A stretch of DNA of 64,000 nucleotides from Carpediemonas membranifera BICM (GCA_019828565.1 JAHDYR010000038.1:78735-142734), one strand, 5' to 3'. Positions 32,468 to 44,560 are shown, counted from the first letter of the stretch. Notes: generated by a model not told the origin, from the sequence alone. A program made the numbers and translations.

Positions 32468-33262
32468 ATGGAAATGGAATATGCCGATGGCGATGTGTAT
32501 GAGAGCGTTCTAGCGGCTGCAGATGAGAGTAATTACTCCGACATGATGCCTTCGGACCTAGATCCCGACGATTCCGTCATGGAAGACGGCCTTGCGAGCG
32601 AGCACGCCTTTACTGTTGAGAAGAGGCTCACGAGCGAGCGTATTCGGCGGGAAGTCAATGATTTCCAGAACCAGGAGCTGATTGACGAAGCAAGGCGGGA
32701 GAGAGACAAGCAGAGAGAGATTAACATCTCCAACCGGGAGCAGGAATGGCTCGCTCGAGCCACTTCGGACATAATGGGACGAAAGGAGTACTTCAGTTTC
32801 GTCGAGAAGGATAAGCAACGCAAGATTGCCGACGGGCGAGAGAAGGCGCGCATCACTATTAGCATCAAGGAGAAGCTCGACAAACAGGCCGCCATACGGC
32901 AGCGGGAGATCGATGAGCACCGAGCGGCTACTGTAGTCGCCGCGGACAAGGATTACTACCAGCGTCAGGCCAGCCATTGTTTGGAAATCGCCCGAGCGAA
33001 GGTCGTGGCCGACATCAAGCGGGAAGAAGTGTTCGCGGCCGAGCACAAGGCTGCATACGAAGCTAGAACCGAGCAGAAGCGCGAGGAATACCGCAGAAGA
33101 CGTGAAGCCAAGGAACTGAACGAAAGGAGGGAGCTTGCTGCCGTCAAACGAGAGGAGGCGACCATTGCCCGCCGGGAGTCCGAGTGGGCCGAGTGGAAAG
33201 AGAGGAACGCGGACAAGAAGCCGTTCTTTAGGGTGGCCGGCGGTGCCACTGTGTCACTGTAA
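32468..33262 (+). CDS. Coiled-coil protein, function unknown
   Basis: 264-aa charged helical ORF. Confidence 0.65.
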   Translation: MEMEYADGDVYESVLAAADESNYSDMMPSDLDPDDSVMEDGLASEHAFTVEKRLTSERIRREVNDFQNQELIDEARRERDKQREINISNREQEWLARATSDIMGRKEYFSFVEKDKQRKIADGREKARITISIKEKLDKQAAIRQREIDEHRAATVVAADKDYYQRQASHCLEIARAKVVADIKREEVFAAEHKAAYEARTEQKREEYRRRREAKELNERRELAAVKREEATIARRESEWAEWKERNADKKPFFRVAGGATVSL

Positions 33263-33464
33263 CATAGCGGAATGATCGAGCTGGACATAAACGGGGATGT
33301 CTCGTAGGGTTGGTGCGGCTGTTACAGAAGCTAAAGTAAATAGGGCAGACGCATAGGCGCTCATTCACCATTGCAGTGGAGCAGAAGCCAAGGGCTAGCC
33401 CCTGAATAATGCCTCATTCCAGTGCCCAAAATTTCATTTCGCAGGTTAAGGACAAACCAGCTTG

Positions 33465-35951
33465 ATGTCTGCCGACACGCATTGGCGTGATGGTACCGTC
33501 AATTTAACGACACTTGTGCAACAAGAATCAGTAGATGCTCACGCTATCCTCGACGATCCGCTCCCAGCATTTATCGAGAAGTACGTTCGCTACATCAACG
33601 TCTACTCGTCCCTAGAGAGCGCTATTTTCGACTGCCCATACCACCAGAAGGTTCTACTGATGAAGAAAGAACTCGATGCCGTTGTTGGGCGCATCCTCGA
33701 GATCGTAGCGCGTATGAAGGAACTCGCCCACACCGCGGTCTTCGATCTCAGCGCCGTCATGGAAGAGATGAACGTTATCCCCTCAGAGCTTTCCATTCCC
33801 GTCCCGCGCTTCGCCCTCGACTTTCTAGACGGCCTGCCCGAGCGTACGGCGCTCATCGACTCCCTCATCAAGAAATACGAGGTCCAGAGCGTCAACGGAG
33901 AGCTGTTCGACCAGCACATCGCCGTGACGTCCAAGCCTGCCGCACTAGACCTTGCGTCGGCCATCAGGATCATCCAGGTGAACGAAAGGGGCCGCCAGGG
34001 CAGACTCCGCGCCCGTATGTTGGCCGAACTCCGCACGAGAGAGCTCGCATTCATCCCACTCGACGCAGACACTGCCGCTGTCCGAATCCAGTCGACAGTC
34101 CGACGCTTCCTCGCCCGCAAGGCGTTCCAAGCCCGTGTCGTCGAGGACTCCGAGCTCTTTGAGATGGCCCCGCCCGAACACGAAGACGAAGACCCCCGGA
34201 CACACGCCAAGGAGATAGACGCGGCCCGTAAGGTCATACAGCTTGAGAACAAGAAGGCGTACGAGGCAGCGCTTGAATCAATCAAACAGAATCTTCTCGA
34301 GGTCGAGGGTCCAGATATTCGGGCGGATCTGATGATGCGACACCGGCAGGCGCTCCTGGACTACCGCGATGCCAACGACGGCAAGCTTCCCAAGGAACCC
34401 CTGAACATCTTCGAGGAGCCCAAGCTCGAGGGTGACGGCGATGACGACGGTAAGAAGGGCAAGAAGGGAAAGAAGGGTAAGAAAGGGAAGAAAGGAAAGA
34501 AGGGCAAGAAGGCCGGCAAGAAGAAGGGAGGTAAGAAGGGCAAGGGCAAGAGCAAGACCGAGGAGGAGGACGAGGGGCCCAAGCCTGAGCCCCAGTCGCA
34601 ATTCCTGCACCCCATGGTCGACACAATCGTGGAATACTTCGACAAGTGGCAGGACCATGATGACACGAAGCTGGCCCGGCAGCCGTACGATGTGGAATAC
34701 GTTAAGGACTTGAAGAGGCCTGAGGTCACAGATATAGTGCACCAGGGAGTCGTTGAGGTGCTGCAGGCTGAGCTGGACAACTTGAACTCTGCGTCCGCGA
34801 GCAAGGGAGGGAAGGGGAAGAAGGGGAAGAAGGGGAAGAAGGGCAAAAAGGGAAAGAAGGGCAAGAAAGGAAAAAAGGGCAAGAAGGGCAAGACCGTAGC
34901 CGAAGTCGACCCAGCCGAAGCCAAGCGGATCTCCGAACAAAACCTTGCCGAGCTCGTCTCCGAGACCATCGTCCGAGCCCCAACCCCAGCCCGCCTCACA
35001 GACTTCATCGGCGACTACCCCTTCCTTAACCCACCCCCGACCCCGGGAGAACCCCCCATCCCATCGTATGCGGACATCAGAGACATCATCGCCAGGGACG
35101 TACTGCTGCCACTCGCGGTGCCTGAGGCGTCAGAGATTGTCTCAGCGCCAAAGAGCTTGCTCCTGTTCGGTGCTCCAAAGTGCGGCAAGACCCTCCTCGC
35201 CAGGGCCATAGCCACAGAGATGGGCGCCATGTGGATCGACCTGTCACCCGCAACCATCGAGGGCCGCTTCCAGGGAAAATCTCAGACGACACAGCTGGTC
35301 CAGATGGCGTTCCAGGTCGCCAAGGCACTCCATCCAGCAGTTATTTATATTGACGAGGTCGAGAAGGTCATGGCGGGCAAGGCAAAGGGAAAGAAGGGAT
35401 CGACTGAATCTGAAGAATCTAGCCGTATCTTGAAGGATCTTCAGACTCAGTTGAAGTCTGTGAAGCCAGCAGACCGCGTGCTCGTCATCGGATGCACGTC
35501 CAACCCGGCCGCGGCCGAGAAGACCCTCGCCTCGTTCTTTGACATCGCCCAGTTCATACCGGCGCCCGACTCTGCTACCCGGAACAAGCTCCTCGCCGAG
35601 CTCTCCCGCAAGCACGGTGGCCCGTGGCTCTTGGGGGAATGCGGGCCCAAGTTTGACCTGACTATCATCAACAAGGCCACTGCGGGGTGGACTGTCGGGA
35701 TGTTGGAGCACCTAGTGACCACTGTGCTTCCTCCGAGCAGGGTCCGGGCCCTCGAGACCCGGCCGCTCGCCTCAGAGGAGTTTATCGGGGAGATCTCTAA
35801 GTGTGTGCCGCATCATGCCGTGGAGGAGCAATGTATGGCGTTTAATAAGAAGGCTAACCCGATGCCTGACCCGAATGCACCTGTGGACGAGGGAAAGAAG
35901 GGGAAGAAGGGCAAGAAGGGCAAGAAGGGGAAGAAGAAGGGGAAGAAGTAG
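33465..35951 (+). CDS. IQCA1: IQ and AAA domain protein (dynein regulatory complex subunit 11)
   Basis: IQVNERGRQGRLRA, IQ motif IQSTVRRFLARK, Walker A GAPKCGKT, Walker B IYIDE and KKG tracts. Confidence 0.88.
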   Translation: MSADTHWRDGTVNLTTLVQQESVDAHAILDDPLPAFIEKYVRYINVYSSLESAIFDCPYHQKVLLMKKELDAVVGRILEIVARMKELAHTAVFDLSAVMEEMNVIPSELSIPVPRFALDFLDGLPERTALIDSLIKKYEVQSVNGELFDQHIAVTSKPAALDLASAIRIIQVNERGRQGRLRARMLAELRTRELAFIPLDADTAAVRIQSTVRRFLARKAFQARVVEDSELFEMAPPEHEDEDPRTHAKEIDAARKVIQLENKKAYEAALESIKQNLLEVEGPDIRADLMMRHRQALLDYRDANDGKLPKEPLNIFEEPKLEGDGDDDGKKGKKGKKGKKGKKGKKGKKAGKKKGGKKGKGKSKTEEEDEGPKPEPQSQFLHPMVDTIVEYFDKWQDHDDTKLARQPYDVEYVKDLKRPEVTDIVHQGVVEVLQAELDNLNSASASKGGKGKKGKKGKKGKKGKKGKKGKKGKKGKTVAEVDPAEAKRISEQNLAELVSETIVRAPTPARLTDFIGDYPFLNPPPTPGEPPIPSYADIRDIIARDVLLPLAVPEASEIVSAPKSLLLFGAPKCGKTLLARAIATEMGAMWIDLSPATIEGRFQGKSQTTQLVQMAFQVAKALHPAVIYIDEVEKVMAGKAKGKKGSTESEESSRILKDLQTQLKSVKPADRVLVIGCTSNPAAAEKTLASFFDIAQFIPAPDSATRNKLLAELSRKHGGPWLLGECGPKFDLTIINKATAGWTVGMLEHLVTTVLPPSRVRALETRPLASEEFIGEISKCVPHHAVEEQCMAFNKKANPMPDPNAPVDEGKKGKKGKKGKKGKKKGKK

Positions 35952-36125
35952 GCGTGTTGTATAAAGATCGTTTGAAGGCTTTGTTGTTGTGATTGGTGGA
36001 GTTGACCGGACTTGGCGACGCTATTGAGAACTATACATTGCCGATAAATGTCAAATGTATATCAAAATACGGGAATCCCTCCATCGTGACGCTTGGTGAA
36101 GATTGCAGAAAACTCAAACGCGAAT

Positions 36126-39100
36126 ATGCATTGGACAACCGCTTTTCCCTCTCATTCGCCGCCGTTCGCCTTCTTATCCGTTGTTCTCCTCGCATGCCTC
36201 CTCATGACCGCTACTTGCTCCCAGGAGCTCACCACGCAGGTCAGTAGCTGTGTCCTTCTCGACGACGACACCCTCTTCGTCTCTTCTTCCCATTCCAACA
36301 GGATAGAGCTCTATGCCCGTTCAAACGGTCTTTGGAACCTCGAGGCGTCCGTCCATGATCCCGACTAAACATTCGGGTACGCTCTTGCCGTGTCCGACGA
36401 CTACGTTGTCACTGTATATACACATTTTCACCATTTCTTACACAGTCTGCCCCCGAATTCGACAACATAGGCCGAGTTTACGTCTACACCCGAACCACCA
36501 CCAGTTTTGGACTGCCCTACGAGACCATCAGCGCGGCCGACCTGTCCGCATCCGGGCTGAAGACCCAAGACTTCGGATACTCCATCGCCATTGCGGGCGC
36601 CGTGATTTCTGTCGCATCCCGCCCCTTCAACGCCACCGACAACAACTACCATCTGGCCTACTACACGTTCATCCACAGTCCTACAAACGGATGGGTCGAA
36701 TCGCTCTCAGAAGTCTCCCGTGTCAGCAATTACGACGGCGCAGTCGCCATGAGTCGTGGTGCCATATTCTACACATGGCCCACGGATGATTAACCTGAAC
36801 CTCAGGTGAATTTGTTGATCGCCGATTCTCACGATAGATGGGCGACTCGTGGCGTGGCGGTAGATTCGGAGATCATCGCCACCGCTTCACTTGTTGAGAA
36901 TGAACCAATCGTGCTCGACGTGTTTGACGTGAAGGGGAGCCATATGAGCACTACTGAAGTCAGTATCAGCGGCTACAACCTCCAGCTATCTATGACCGCA
37001 GAACACATCCTTCTGACGTCTTACAAAACCGATACTTCTGAGCACAGCGGCATAATCATGGTCTATGCCCGCACAACCCCCGCCAAGCTCACGCTTCTTG
37101 GCCAAGCTGAGCTAACCGCCTCGCACGATGGAGTCTCCGGCAAATTCGCTGCAACTCCATCGGCCTCTTTTGAGGCCACTGGCAGCGCAGTGTCCACTTT
37201 CGCCGTGGGTGACGCTGAGGCTAGTTCAGACGGCCTCACCGCCAATGGCTGCCTGTTTGTGGTCACGGTCGACCCAACCACGACGCCCGTCGTCAGTGTC
37301 GCTTCGACAAGGGGCGCGTTTCTAACGCGAAGCTCGGGGGCAATGTCGCCGTTGATGACCAGTACCTCTACGCCAGCGCTGTGACCGAGACTGGAATCGG
37401 CCAGGTCGTTGTCCTGACCCACGCCCTCGCCCAGTTCACCGCCATTTCTCCCGGCTGGGTGAAGAGCCTGGCATCCGACGGCATGCACCTTGTTGTTGGA
37501 TCTGCAAGCTCTAACATGCCGCATCTCGACATCTACGACACATCCAGTTTCGAGAAACAGGCTGAATTGACTCCCTTCTATCCCAACCCTGAAGATGTCC
37601 GCGATCATTATATTGGTAACTTCGGGAACATAGCTTTTTGCGGCAACCGCCTCGCCGTCGCCTCGTCTGAGCAAAATATGGTCCACCCTGACTCCGGTGT
37701 GACTTACACCTATCAGTTGATTGACTCCGAGTGGATCGCCGAGTCGAGAACACCAGGCCCCTGCCCACTAGCGAGCAGCGGACTCTCGGAGCTCGCTTGC
37801 TCTGGAGACCTTGTCGTCGCCACACAGATGACTTCCAATCAAAGAGGAAATGTCCCTGCGCAGGTTATCACCGTGCCACAGTGCGCAGCCGGCACAAATG
37901 GCTCAGATCCTGCCTGCGCCCCGTGTGCTGCAGGGTCGTACTCGTCGTTCGCCGGGTCCATCTGCCTGCCCGCGTCACCCTGTTTCTTCGCCGCGGGAGA
38001 GGGCGCGACTGCCCAGGTCGCTTGCCCGGCTGGGCACTACCAGCCGTACATCAGCCAACCCAGCTGTATCGAGGCCCATGCTGGATTCTACGTCGCTCCA
38101 ACAGACCATACGCAACAGATTCCATGCAGTGCCGGCACTTACTCCTCAGCTGGCAGCAGCGCATGCAGTACGGCCGACCCCGGCAACTACGTGCCCGATT
38201 CAGACCGTAGTAGTCAATATCCCTGCAATGTCGGCACGTACCAGCCCGACTCCGGCCAGACCAGCTGCAAAGAGGCGGACGCAGGCTACTACGTGCCTTT
38301 CACTGGCCAAAACAAGCAGCTGTCTTGCAACTACGGCACGTACCAGCCGGCCCGTGGTTCCTCCGCCTGCATTGAGGCCGACCCTGGCTATCACGTGCCG
38401 CTACCCGCTTCGACCGCCCAAACTGTCTGTTGCGGGGGACGGTACCAACCCCGCTCGGGTCAGATATACTGCGTGGATGCCGACAACGGCTACTACGTCC
38501 CGAACGATGCCAGGCCCCATGTTGCAGAGCTCGTCTGTGACGGCGGCCACTACTCGCCCTTCACAGTCGCCAGCACATGCGAGTACTGCCCCAAGGAGAC
38601 GAGCACGCCCAACGATGGATTGCCGCACGAAAGCTGCGATCGCTGGATCCCAGCCACGCCCGTGATCGACCAGACGCGAGCACTCGTGATCAAATCTTCC
38701 ATCTTGAACGATACCGTGGCATCCGCGACTTTTGCTGGCGAGTCCACGCCATGCCAGTTGATCCAGACCGCAGGCCAGACCACCGTCGTTCCTGTTGTCA
38801 CTGAGTCGACGGTCAAGGCCGGGAAATATCCAGCGACATTCAGCTTCCGGTCTAGGATTTACCAGACAACGGTCGCTGTTGATATCCCGGACGATCTCAA
38901 GATACCTTCCCCCGTGACCACGATTGCCGGTAATGTCGTTACAAGCCAGGTCAACTCCACCATTTGCCCCGACTCGATAAGAGTCAGCCTCCTCGGGACG
39001 GTATCCCACACCCTGGCCGCGATCAACGCGGACGGCAGCATTAGTTGCACGGCCACGCTGATTGCCGAAGCTCCGAGAATCAATGCCTTTCTTCAGCCCA

Positions 39101-39573
39101 AAATGACACAAACCCCGAGCACGGCATGCACGCAGCTGGCGGGCGTGGCGTTCAGCTCGGTCGAGTCGATGGACATATCTGCTGCTGGTGTGTCCCTCGC
39201 TCCATACATCGACGACGACGGCCGTCTCTGTGCCAACACAAGCGCTGCCCATGCCGCAGTGAAAGCTGGAACCGATAAGAAGGAGGAGGACGGGCTCGAT
39301 TACGTCACAGTCCGGCTGGACGGCCAGGCGTTCGTCCATGAGCCGATGGACAACTTCAACCCGACTCCAGATCATCCAGGCCGGTCAGCGGCAGAGTCTG
39401 CACTGCTGTTCCTCAGCTGTATCCTGCTCCTCGGAGCGTTTGTTATAACTGTAGGGGCAGTCGCGCTGATTCTCTCAGGGCTCGTCGCCATCTTCCTTGT
39501 GGCTGGCTACGTGCTTCACACCAAGAGCAGGAGTGGAGCAGTGGCCAAGGCAGAGTACGAGCTGCTTGACTGA
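36126..39573 (+). CDS. Cys-rich type-I membrane surface protein (propeller-like FG repeats plus GCC2/GCC3-type Cys repeats); N-terminal half interrupted
   Basis: Hydrophobic N-terminus, FGYALAV/FGYSIAI repeats, C..G.YQP..GQ.SC..A..G.YVP repeats and a C-terminal TM helix. 32-nt intron at 36414-36445; in-frame TAA at 36366 and 36791; frameshift near 37300. Confidence 0.7.
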
Positions 39574-39774
39574 GCTTGGTTGTAAATGCATATATGATCT
39601 GAAGCCTGCTGCTCAATGTGAGCCGGCTTTGTTGAGTGATTGGTCGTGTTAATCGGACTTGGCCGACGCTATTGAGGACACAGAGTGTATCCTCTGCCAT
39701 CACTTGGCCATACGGCCGTACATACAAGCGTGGCTGGACCCCGCAGGCTAGCCACTGCAACACGGGCAAAAGCT

Positions 39775-40644
39775 ATGGAATCACTCCGAGAGCCGTATGA
39801 GGTTAGTCCAGCTCTCCTTAAGATACTTCTGAAGCTAACTAGAGAGAACATCATCGAGCAGCTTCGTTTCATGTGGACATTCCCTCCAACCCACACAGAT
39901 CAGCTTCTGTACGAAATATACTTGGAGTTCGTGGCAGATTGTGTGGTATTTGCGAGAAAGAACCAGTTTAACATATTGGAAACACTGGCATCTCTTCAAT
40001 TGCTCATCAGTTACGTGGCTTCATCACCAGTGAAGAATTGCTCGCGCGGTGCCATTGCCTCAGCCCTTGCTTGCGACAAACACTTCACTCTCCTCAGAGA
40101 TGCATGCAAGCACAAGCTCATCAGCCTCATCGAGGTCCAAATTGAACCCCTCAAGGCGCTTTATCATTCCTACGCTTGTTTCGATCAATACGAAGCAAAG
40201 CGCACTGTAACAGTAACTATTCAACTACCAGCAGGCGCGCTTCCACTCAAAGACGCCATGAGTCCTGCTGCATACATCAAGAAGATCGACGACCGACGTG
40301 CTGCTGAGAAAGAGGCCAAGGAAGCAGCCGAACGGGCCGAGGTGGAGAGGAAGCTGCTGGAGGAGCAAAGGAAGGCTGCTGAGGAGGCAGAAGCTGCCCG
40401 GCTGGCGAAAGAGAAGGAGGAGGAGGAGCGTCGTCTCCAGGCCGAGCGAGAGGCCGAGGCCGAGCGGATCAGGCTCGAAGAAGAGGTAGTGCAGGCCAGA
40501 CTTGCAGAGGAGAGGAGGCTACGAAAGGAGAAGGAGAAGGAGCTACCCCCAGAGGTCATGACCGAGGTCCAGCGGCAGGCCGCCCTGTTCAGAGAGAAGC
40601 TCGCCAAGTCTGTCGAGGCAGGCGTCCTTGGTGGATCAGGGTGA
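39775..40644 (+). CDS. Flagellar C1a-32 / CFAP119-like protein with coiled-coil tail
   Basis: YLEFVADCVVFARKNQF and LKALYHSY pattern; E/A/R-rich tail. Confidence 0.55.
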   Translation: MESLREPYEVSPALLKILLKLTRENIIEQLRFMWTFPPTHTDQLLYEIYLEFVADCVVFARKNQFNILETLASLQLLISYVASSPVKNCSRGAIASALACDKHFTLLRDACKHKLISLIEVQIEPLKALYHSYACFDQYEAKRTVTVTIQLPAGALPLKDAMSPAAYIKKIDDRRAAEKEAKEAAERAEVERKLLEEQRKAAEEAEAARLAKEKEEEERRLQAEREAEAERIRLEEEVVQARLAEERRLRKEKEKELPPEVMTEVQRQAALFREKLAKSVEAGVLGGSG

Positions 40645-40910
40645 AATTCATATGTGGCTATCGTTCTTGTAAACTTTTGGTCGGGTTTTGCAGAAGTGTT
40701 GTATTGTCACCGCTGTGTGGTCACCCCAAAATTTCGAGATACGATGGATTGAGCACAATAATTCAGGGGCACATCTCTTGCCCAGTTGCGGTGATGACCA
40801 AAACGTATCTAAAAGATACAGGGTTGCGCCAAAACGGGAGCCGTGGCATCTCGGCTAAAATGCGGAGGATTTTCAAGGCTACCACTTCTTCAACCAATTT
40901 GCGCGAACCA

Positions 40911-42206
40911 ATGAACCACTACGAAACAGCAGCAGTGGTCTTCAAGTACAGATATCCGGCCTCAGCAGTTAGCATATACGGTTCTTGGAACCACAAGAGC
41001 CAGACACCGCTTCACTTCAATCCAAAGCTGAATTGCTTCATTGGATCCGTAGAAATTCCTATTGGGAGTTACCATTTCGTGTTCAACGTCGACAACCAGA
41101 TCATCCTTCTTGGTGAGTACAAAGTAGTGTATTGGGAGCACAAGAAACTCCACCCTCTCACAATCACCCGCAACGAGACCGCCATGCCTCAAGTAGACGC
41201 CGAGACACTGCTTATGGCGTACTCTAGACCCATACACGAGCCCGAAAACCTTCCAGTTACAAACTTTGCGCCTCTTTCGCCAACCCACCAAGCCTATCGA
41301 CCCAGCGGTCTTGCCCGCGTCGTAAGACAGATGGATTCCTTGGACGTGAAACCAATCGCCGCAGACACTGAAGAGGACCCGTTCCAAGACTTCTACGAGG
41401 CTCACCTCGCTGCAGCGAAGGCCGACATCGCGAACCCAGCCACCGCCCAGGCATTCCTAGACGCACTGAAGCAGTGCGTAGATACGAAACAGTATGACGT
41501 CCAACTGGTCGGGTCGGCAGCATACGGTCTGCTGAAGAAGACCGGCGTCATCGACATCACCATCGAGTCACTCGCGGGGCAGATCTCCCCCACCCTCGCC
41601 GTTGAGCTGGCCGCCACGCTACAGGATAAGCTCGGCTTCTTCGGCTTTGATGTGACAGTCGAAGTGGCCTCCCGCAAGGCAGGCTGTAACTGGGCAGGCC
41701 TTAAAGTGCTCAAGCAGGACGGCACAACGCTTGCCAAGGTCTTCTGGTCATCCAGCTCGAACCTGAAGCTCTCACAAGCCCACCACCTGCACGAGTTGAT
41801 GGACTCAAGCGCTGTGGTCCGAGATGCGGTGACAGCCATGGTCCATATGACTCAATCAGTCATCAAATGCTCATCATTCTTCAACATAGTCATATCCGTA
41901 TCGCTGCTCAGATATTTAGATATTGTGGAGCCATCTTACCTCGACTGCAAGGAGGTGACAGTCGACTGCCACTGTGAGACCGGGCTTGACCTCTTTGTCA
42001 TGATGCACCGTGCGCTGCTTGACCACATCCGGGACCGAGCCCCGCTGACCACGTTTGAGTGCGAGGAGACAGTCAACCACACCCAGGATGTGCGGTATTT
42101 CTCGGCCGCCAAGCCTTTATTCAGCATTACTTTCTGGAATCGGGTGAAGATTGCCCAGACGGCTGAGAAGGTCGGGCAGGCCGTGCCGTTTGTTTCAAAG
42201 TCATAG
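40911..42206 (+). CDS. CBM48 (AMPK-beta-type glycogen-binding) domain fused to a Pol-beta nucleotidyltransferase-like domain
   Basis: VVFKY..VSIYGSWN..IPIGSYHFVFNVD, then VQLVGSAAYGL..GVIDITI. The start is uncertain. Confidence 0.6.
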   Translation: MNHYETAAVVFKYRYPASAVSIYGSWNHKSQTPLHFNPKLNCFIGSVEIPIGSYHFVFNVDNQIILLGEYKVVYWEHKKLHPLTITRNETAMPQVDAETLLMAYSRPIHEPENLPVTNFAPLSPTHQAYRPSGLARVVRQMDSLDVKPIAADTEEDPFQDFYEAHLAAAKADIANPATAQAFLDALKQCVDTKQYDVQLVGSAAYGLLKKTGVIDITIESLAGQISPTLAVELAATLQDKLGFFGFDVTVEVASRKAGCNWAGLKVLKQDGTTLAKVFWSSSSNLKLSQAHHLHELMDSSAVVRDAVTAMVHMTQSVIKCSSFFNIVISVSLLRYLDIVEPSYLDCKEVTVDCHCETGLDLFVMMHRALLDHIRDRAPLTTFECEETVNHTQDVRYFSAAKPLFSITFWNRVKIAQTAEKVGQAVPFVSKS

Positions 42207-42427
42207 ATATGTATTCAAAAGTTTAAAATTGTAGTTTTAGGTTGGCTGGGAGCTTTAGTTTGATTAGGGCACTTGTATGCAGAATCCCACAGCCATCGCG
42301 GGCGTTTAATCGTCGCAGACGGACCCAGCTCCACCTCAAACATCTATCACACATCTCCTCCGCTTCAAGCTGCTTCATTATGTCGAAGTGTGACGTCAGC
42401 AGACTCGTCGGCATGAAGGGCGCATGC

Positions 42428-42806
42428 CTACTCAGCAGCGATGCGGGACAGCGTAATAAAGTCCTTGGCGGTCTCATACATGGTGATACCGGGCCTGTCG
42501 TGGCCGTAGTGAGTCACCTTCTGCGCCTTGGCGATAATTTCGTTGTCGCGCCGAACGAAGACTATGTGAGCATGATCATGGTGCGGTGAACAAACACGTG
42601 TAGCCTTCTGGGGCATCGATCTCACGTCCAACAAGCTTCCGCCCGTGCAGAGTGTTGGTTGTGTCTCCAGTTTGCTCGTCCTTCTTGGGCACGAAGAACG
42701 TGGAGACCTCGGCTTCGCTTGAGGCGGACGCGTCGCATGGTACGCAACTAAGGCGTACTTCACTCACAGTTCTCGCCTGTGAAAGCTCAACAGTCGAAAG
42801 CGTCAT
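42428..42806 (-). CDS. RNASEH2C: Ribonuclease H2 subunit C; 34-nt intron at 42562-42595
   Basis: VPC..VSTFF, LHGRKLVG, PEGY and THYGHD; a GT-AG intron restores the frame. Confidence 0.75.
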
Positions 42807-42879
42807 TGTTTTACGTTTCTGCGCCACAATGAAAGTGCAGAAGGCGTTTACAAATTTATCCGTGTCTATATGAAGAAGA

Positions 42880-44450
42880 TATGCTGCAGCTTTGGGCCGG
42901 GCTAGCCGACCCCCCGTCCCGCAGCGACTGGTTGGGCAAGATAAAGAGGGTTGTTATGGCGAATGTACAGGTTGGCACCCCACGGGGAGAGACAGATGAC
43001 GATGACGTCCACGTCGTAGTCGCTGTACTGGTCGACCTTCTTCTGTATCATCGCGGGGGACGTGTTCTTCCCGACTGTGAACTCGATGACGACTGGCCTG
43101 CCGTCGCGGATTAAGGGGTCGAAAATGAGGATATCCGCCCATCTGTCCGGGACCTTCCTGGCGATGGCTGCGATCCTCCTGGGCACTACGAGTCCCTCCG
43201 AGATGAGCCTTTGGAGTTCTAGTTGCGCCATCTTTGCCTCAAAAGCCTCATCTTTGAGGAAGCCGTCGTCGAGCGGCACCTCTTTCTCAACGTAGGGCGT
43301 GATTGTGAGCATGAGATCTAAGACGCCTAGTTTCATGAGGTTGTGCCGCTCCGTCCACGATTTCTTCCTCCATGGGAAGTACTGCTTCTCGTTGCAAACC
43401 AGGCAATGATCAAGCCATGCCCTGCTATCCCGGACCGTTTTGCGGCAGAATGGGCACGCGAAGTCATCGTCCTGACGCACTGCTACCGGAAGACCGGGCA
43501 TTGGCGGTCCGTTCAACGACATGCGAAGGCCTGAGATGGCTGCTGCCGCGCTGGTGTAGTTGTCGTCTGCCGGGAGGGACATCAAGGTCCTCACCATTAC
43601 CGCCTCCGGTGGCTCGGGGGCCGCAGCATTCGGATACCGGGCGCGATATAGCCGTTTGGAGAGGGTCGCCTGGTTCGCGTCCGGTGCAGGCTCAAGTTGG
43701 TCAGTAGCGAGGCGCGCCACTATGGTGAGAGGGTGGGCCGGTGGCTTGAGGCTCTGCCACATGTCAGCCGCAACGTGCGCGTACTCGGGGTCGTGCTCGT
43801 GAATGCGGAGGAGGTCACTCCGGCAGCCTGCGAAGGCCGCGTACCACTGGTCCATGGGGTGTTTGACCCCCCATCCGCATCCGTCTGGTTTGGCAAAGAC
43901 CGAGGCGTAACATGCGCTGTCTGCCTCCTGTGCCGAGAGCCCGACAATCACTGTGGCTGTCGAACTGCCCGGGTAGCCAGACTGAGTCCCCGATCGTCGT
44001 CTCCGGTTTCAGGTGATCCAAGGCCATCCGCGCAAGACGTTTGGCGGCCAGAATGTAGAACGGCTCGCCGACGCCCAGGGGCCTGACGCCTCCCGAGTCT
44101 TTGGGGAGCAGCGAGAGGTATCCCTGCGTCAGGGTGCCGCACGATGGGTCGCCCCGCATGATTTTTGACACAACAAAGGCCACCAGCTCGTGGGCCTGCC
44201 TGTCCGCCGTCGTTGGCGCTGACTCATGGTATCTGCCGGGTGTTTACGTGGGGTTCATGTAAAGAAGGCTAAGGTTGTCAACCCCCTGGGATGAACTCCA
44301 GAGCCAGCCATCGAAAGTACACCTATTAAATACGTGAAGAAAGAGAGTCGCACCCACAGTCAGCTGAACTGACCCGACCTGTCGCTGAGGACGATGTCTG
44401 GACCCGCGCCAAGCTGAAGCCAAGTCCGCACAAGGCAGGACGGGGGTCAT
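42880..44450 (-). mobile_element. Internally deleted CRE-like RLE non-LTR element
   Basis: SSQGVDNLSLLYM and LLPKDSGGVRPLGVG..LPGQF are joined directly to GCGWG, CPFC..HCLVC, RHN, KEVPLD and WADIL..IEFTV. Confidence 0.8.
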
Positions 44451-44560
44451 TTGTACCGGCGACAGCCCTCCAGGAGCCCATGTACATAATACTTGTTACA
44501 TACACTCGCACACATGTGAACGGTTCCACGAAAATCAGCTTTATCCGAATAGAATGATCC

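Noticed and set aside
34450-35950. KKG (aagaagggc) tandem tracts as a novel repeat array or CRISPR-like structure
   Set aside because: These are in-frame low-complexity lysine tracts with synonymous variation inside DRC11/IQCA1; there are no spacers.
36366-36793. Alternative genetic code (TAA/TAG = Gln)
   Set aside because: Conserved genes in the window end at TAA or TAG at the expected positions, and no other gene shows internal TAR codons.
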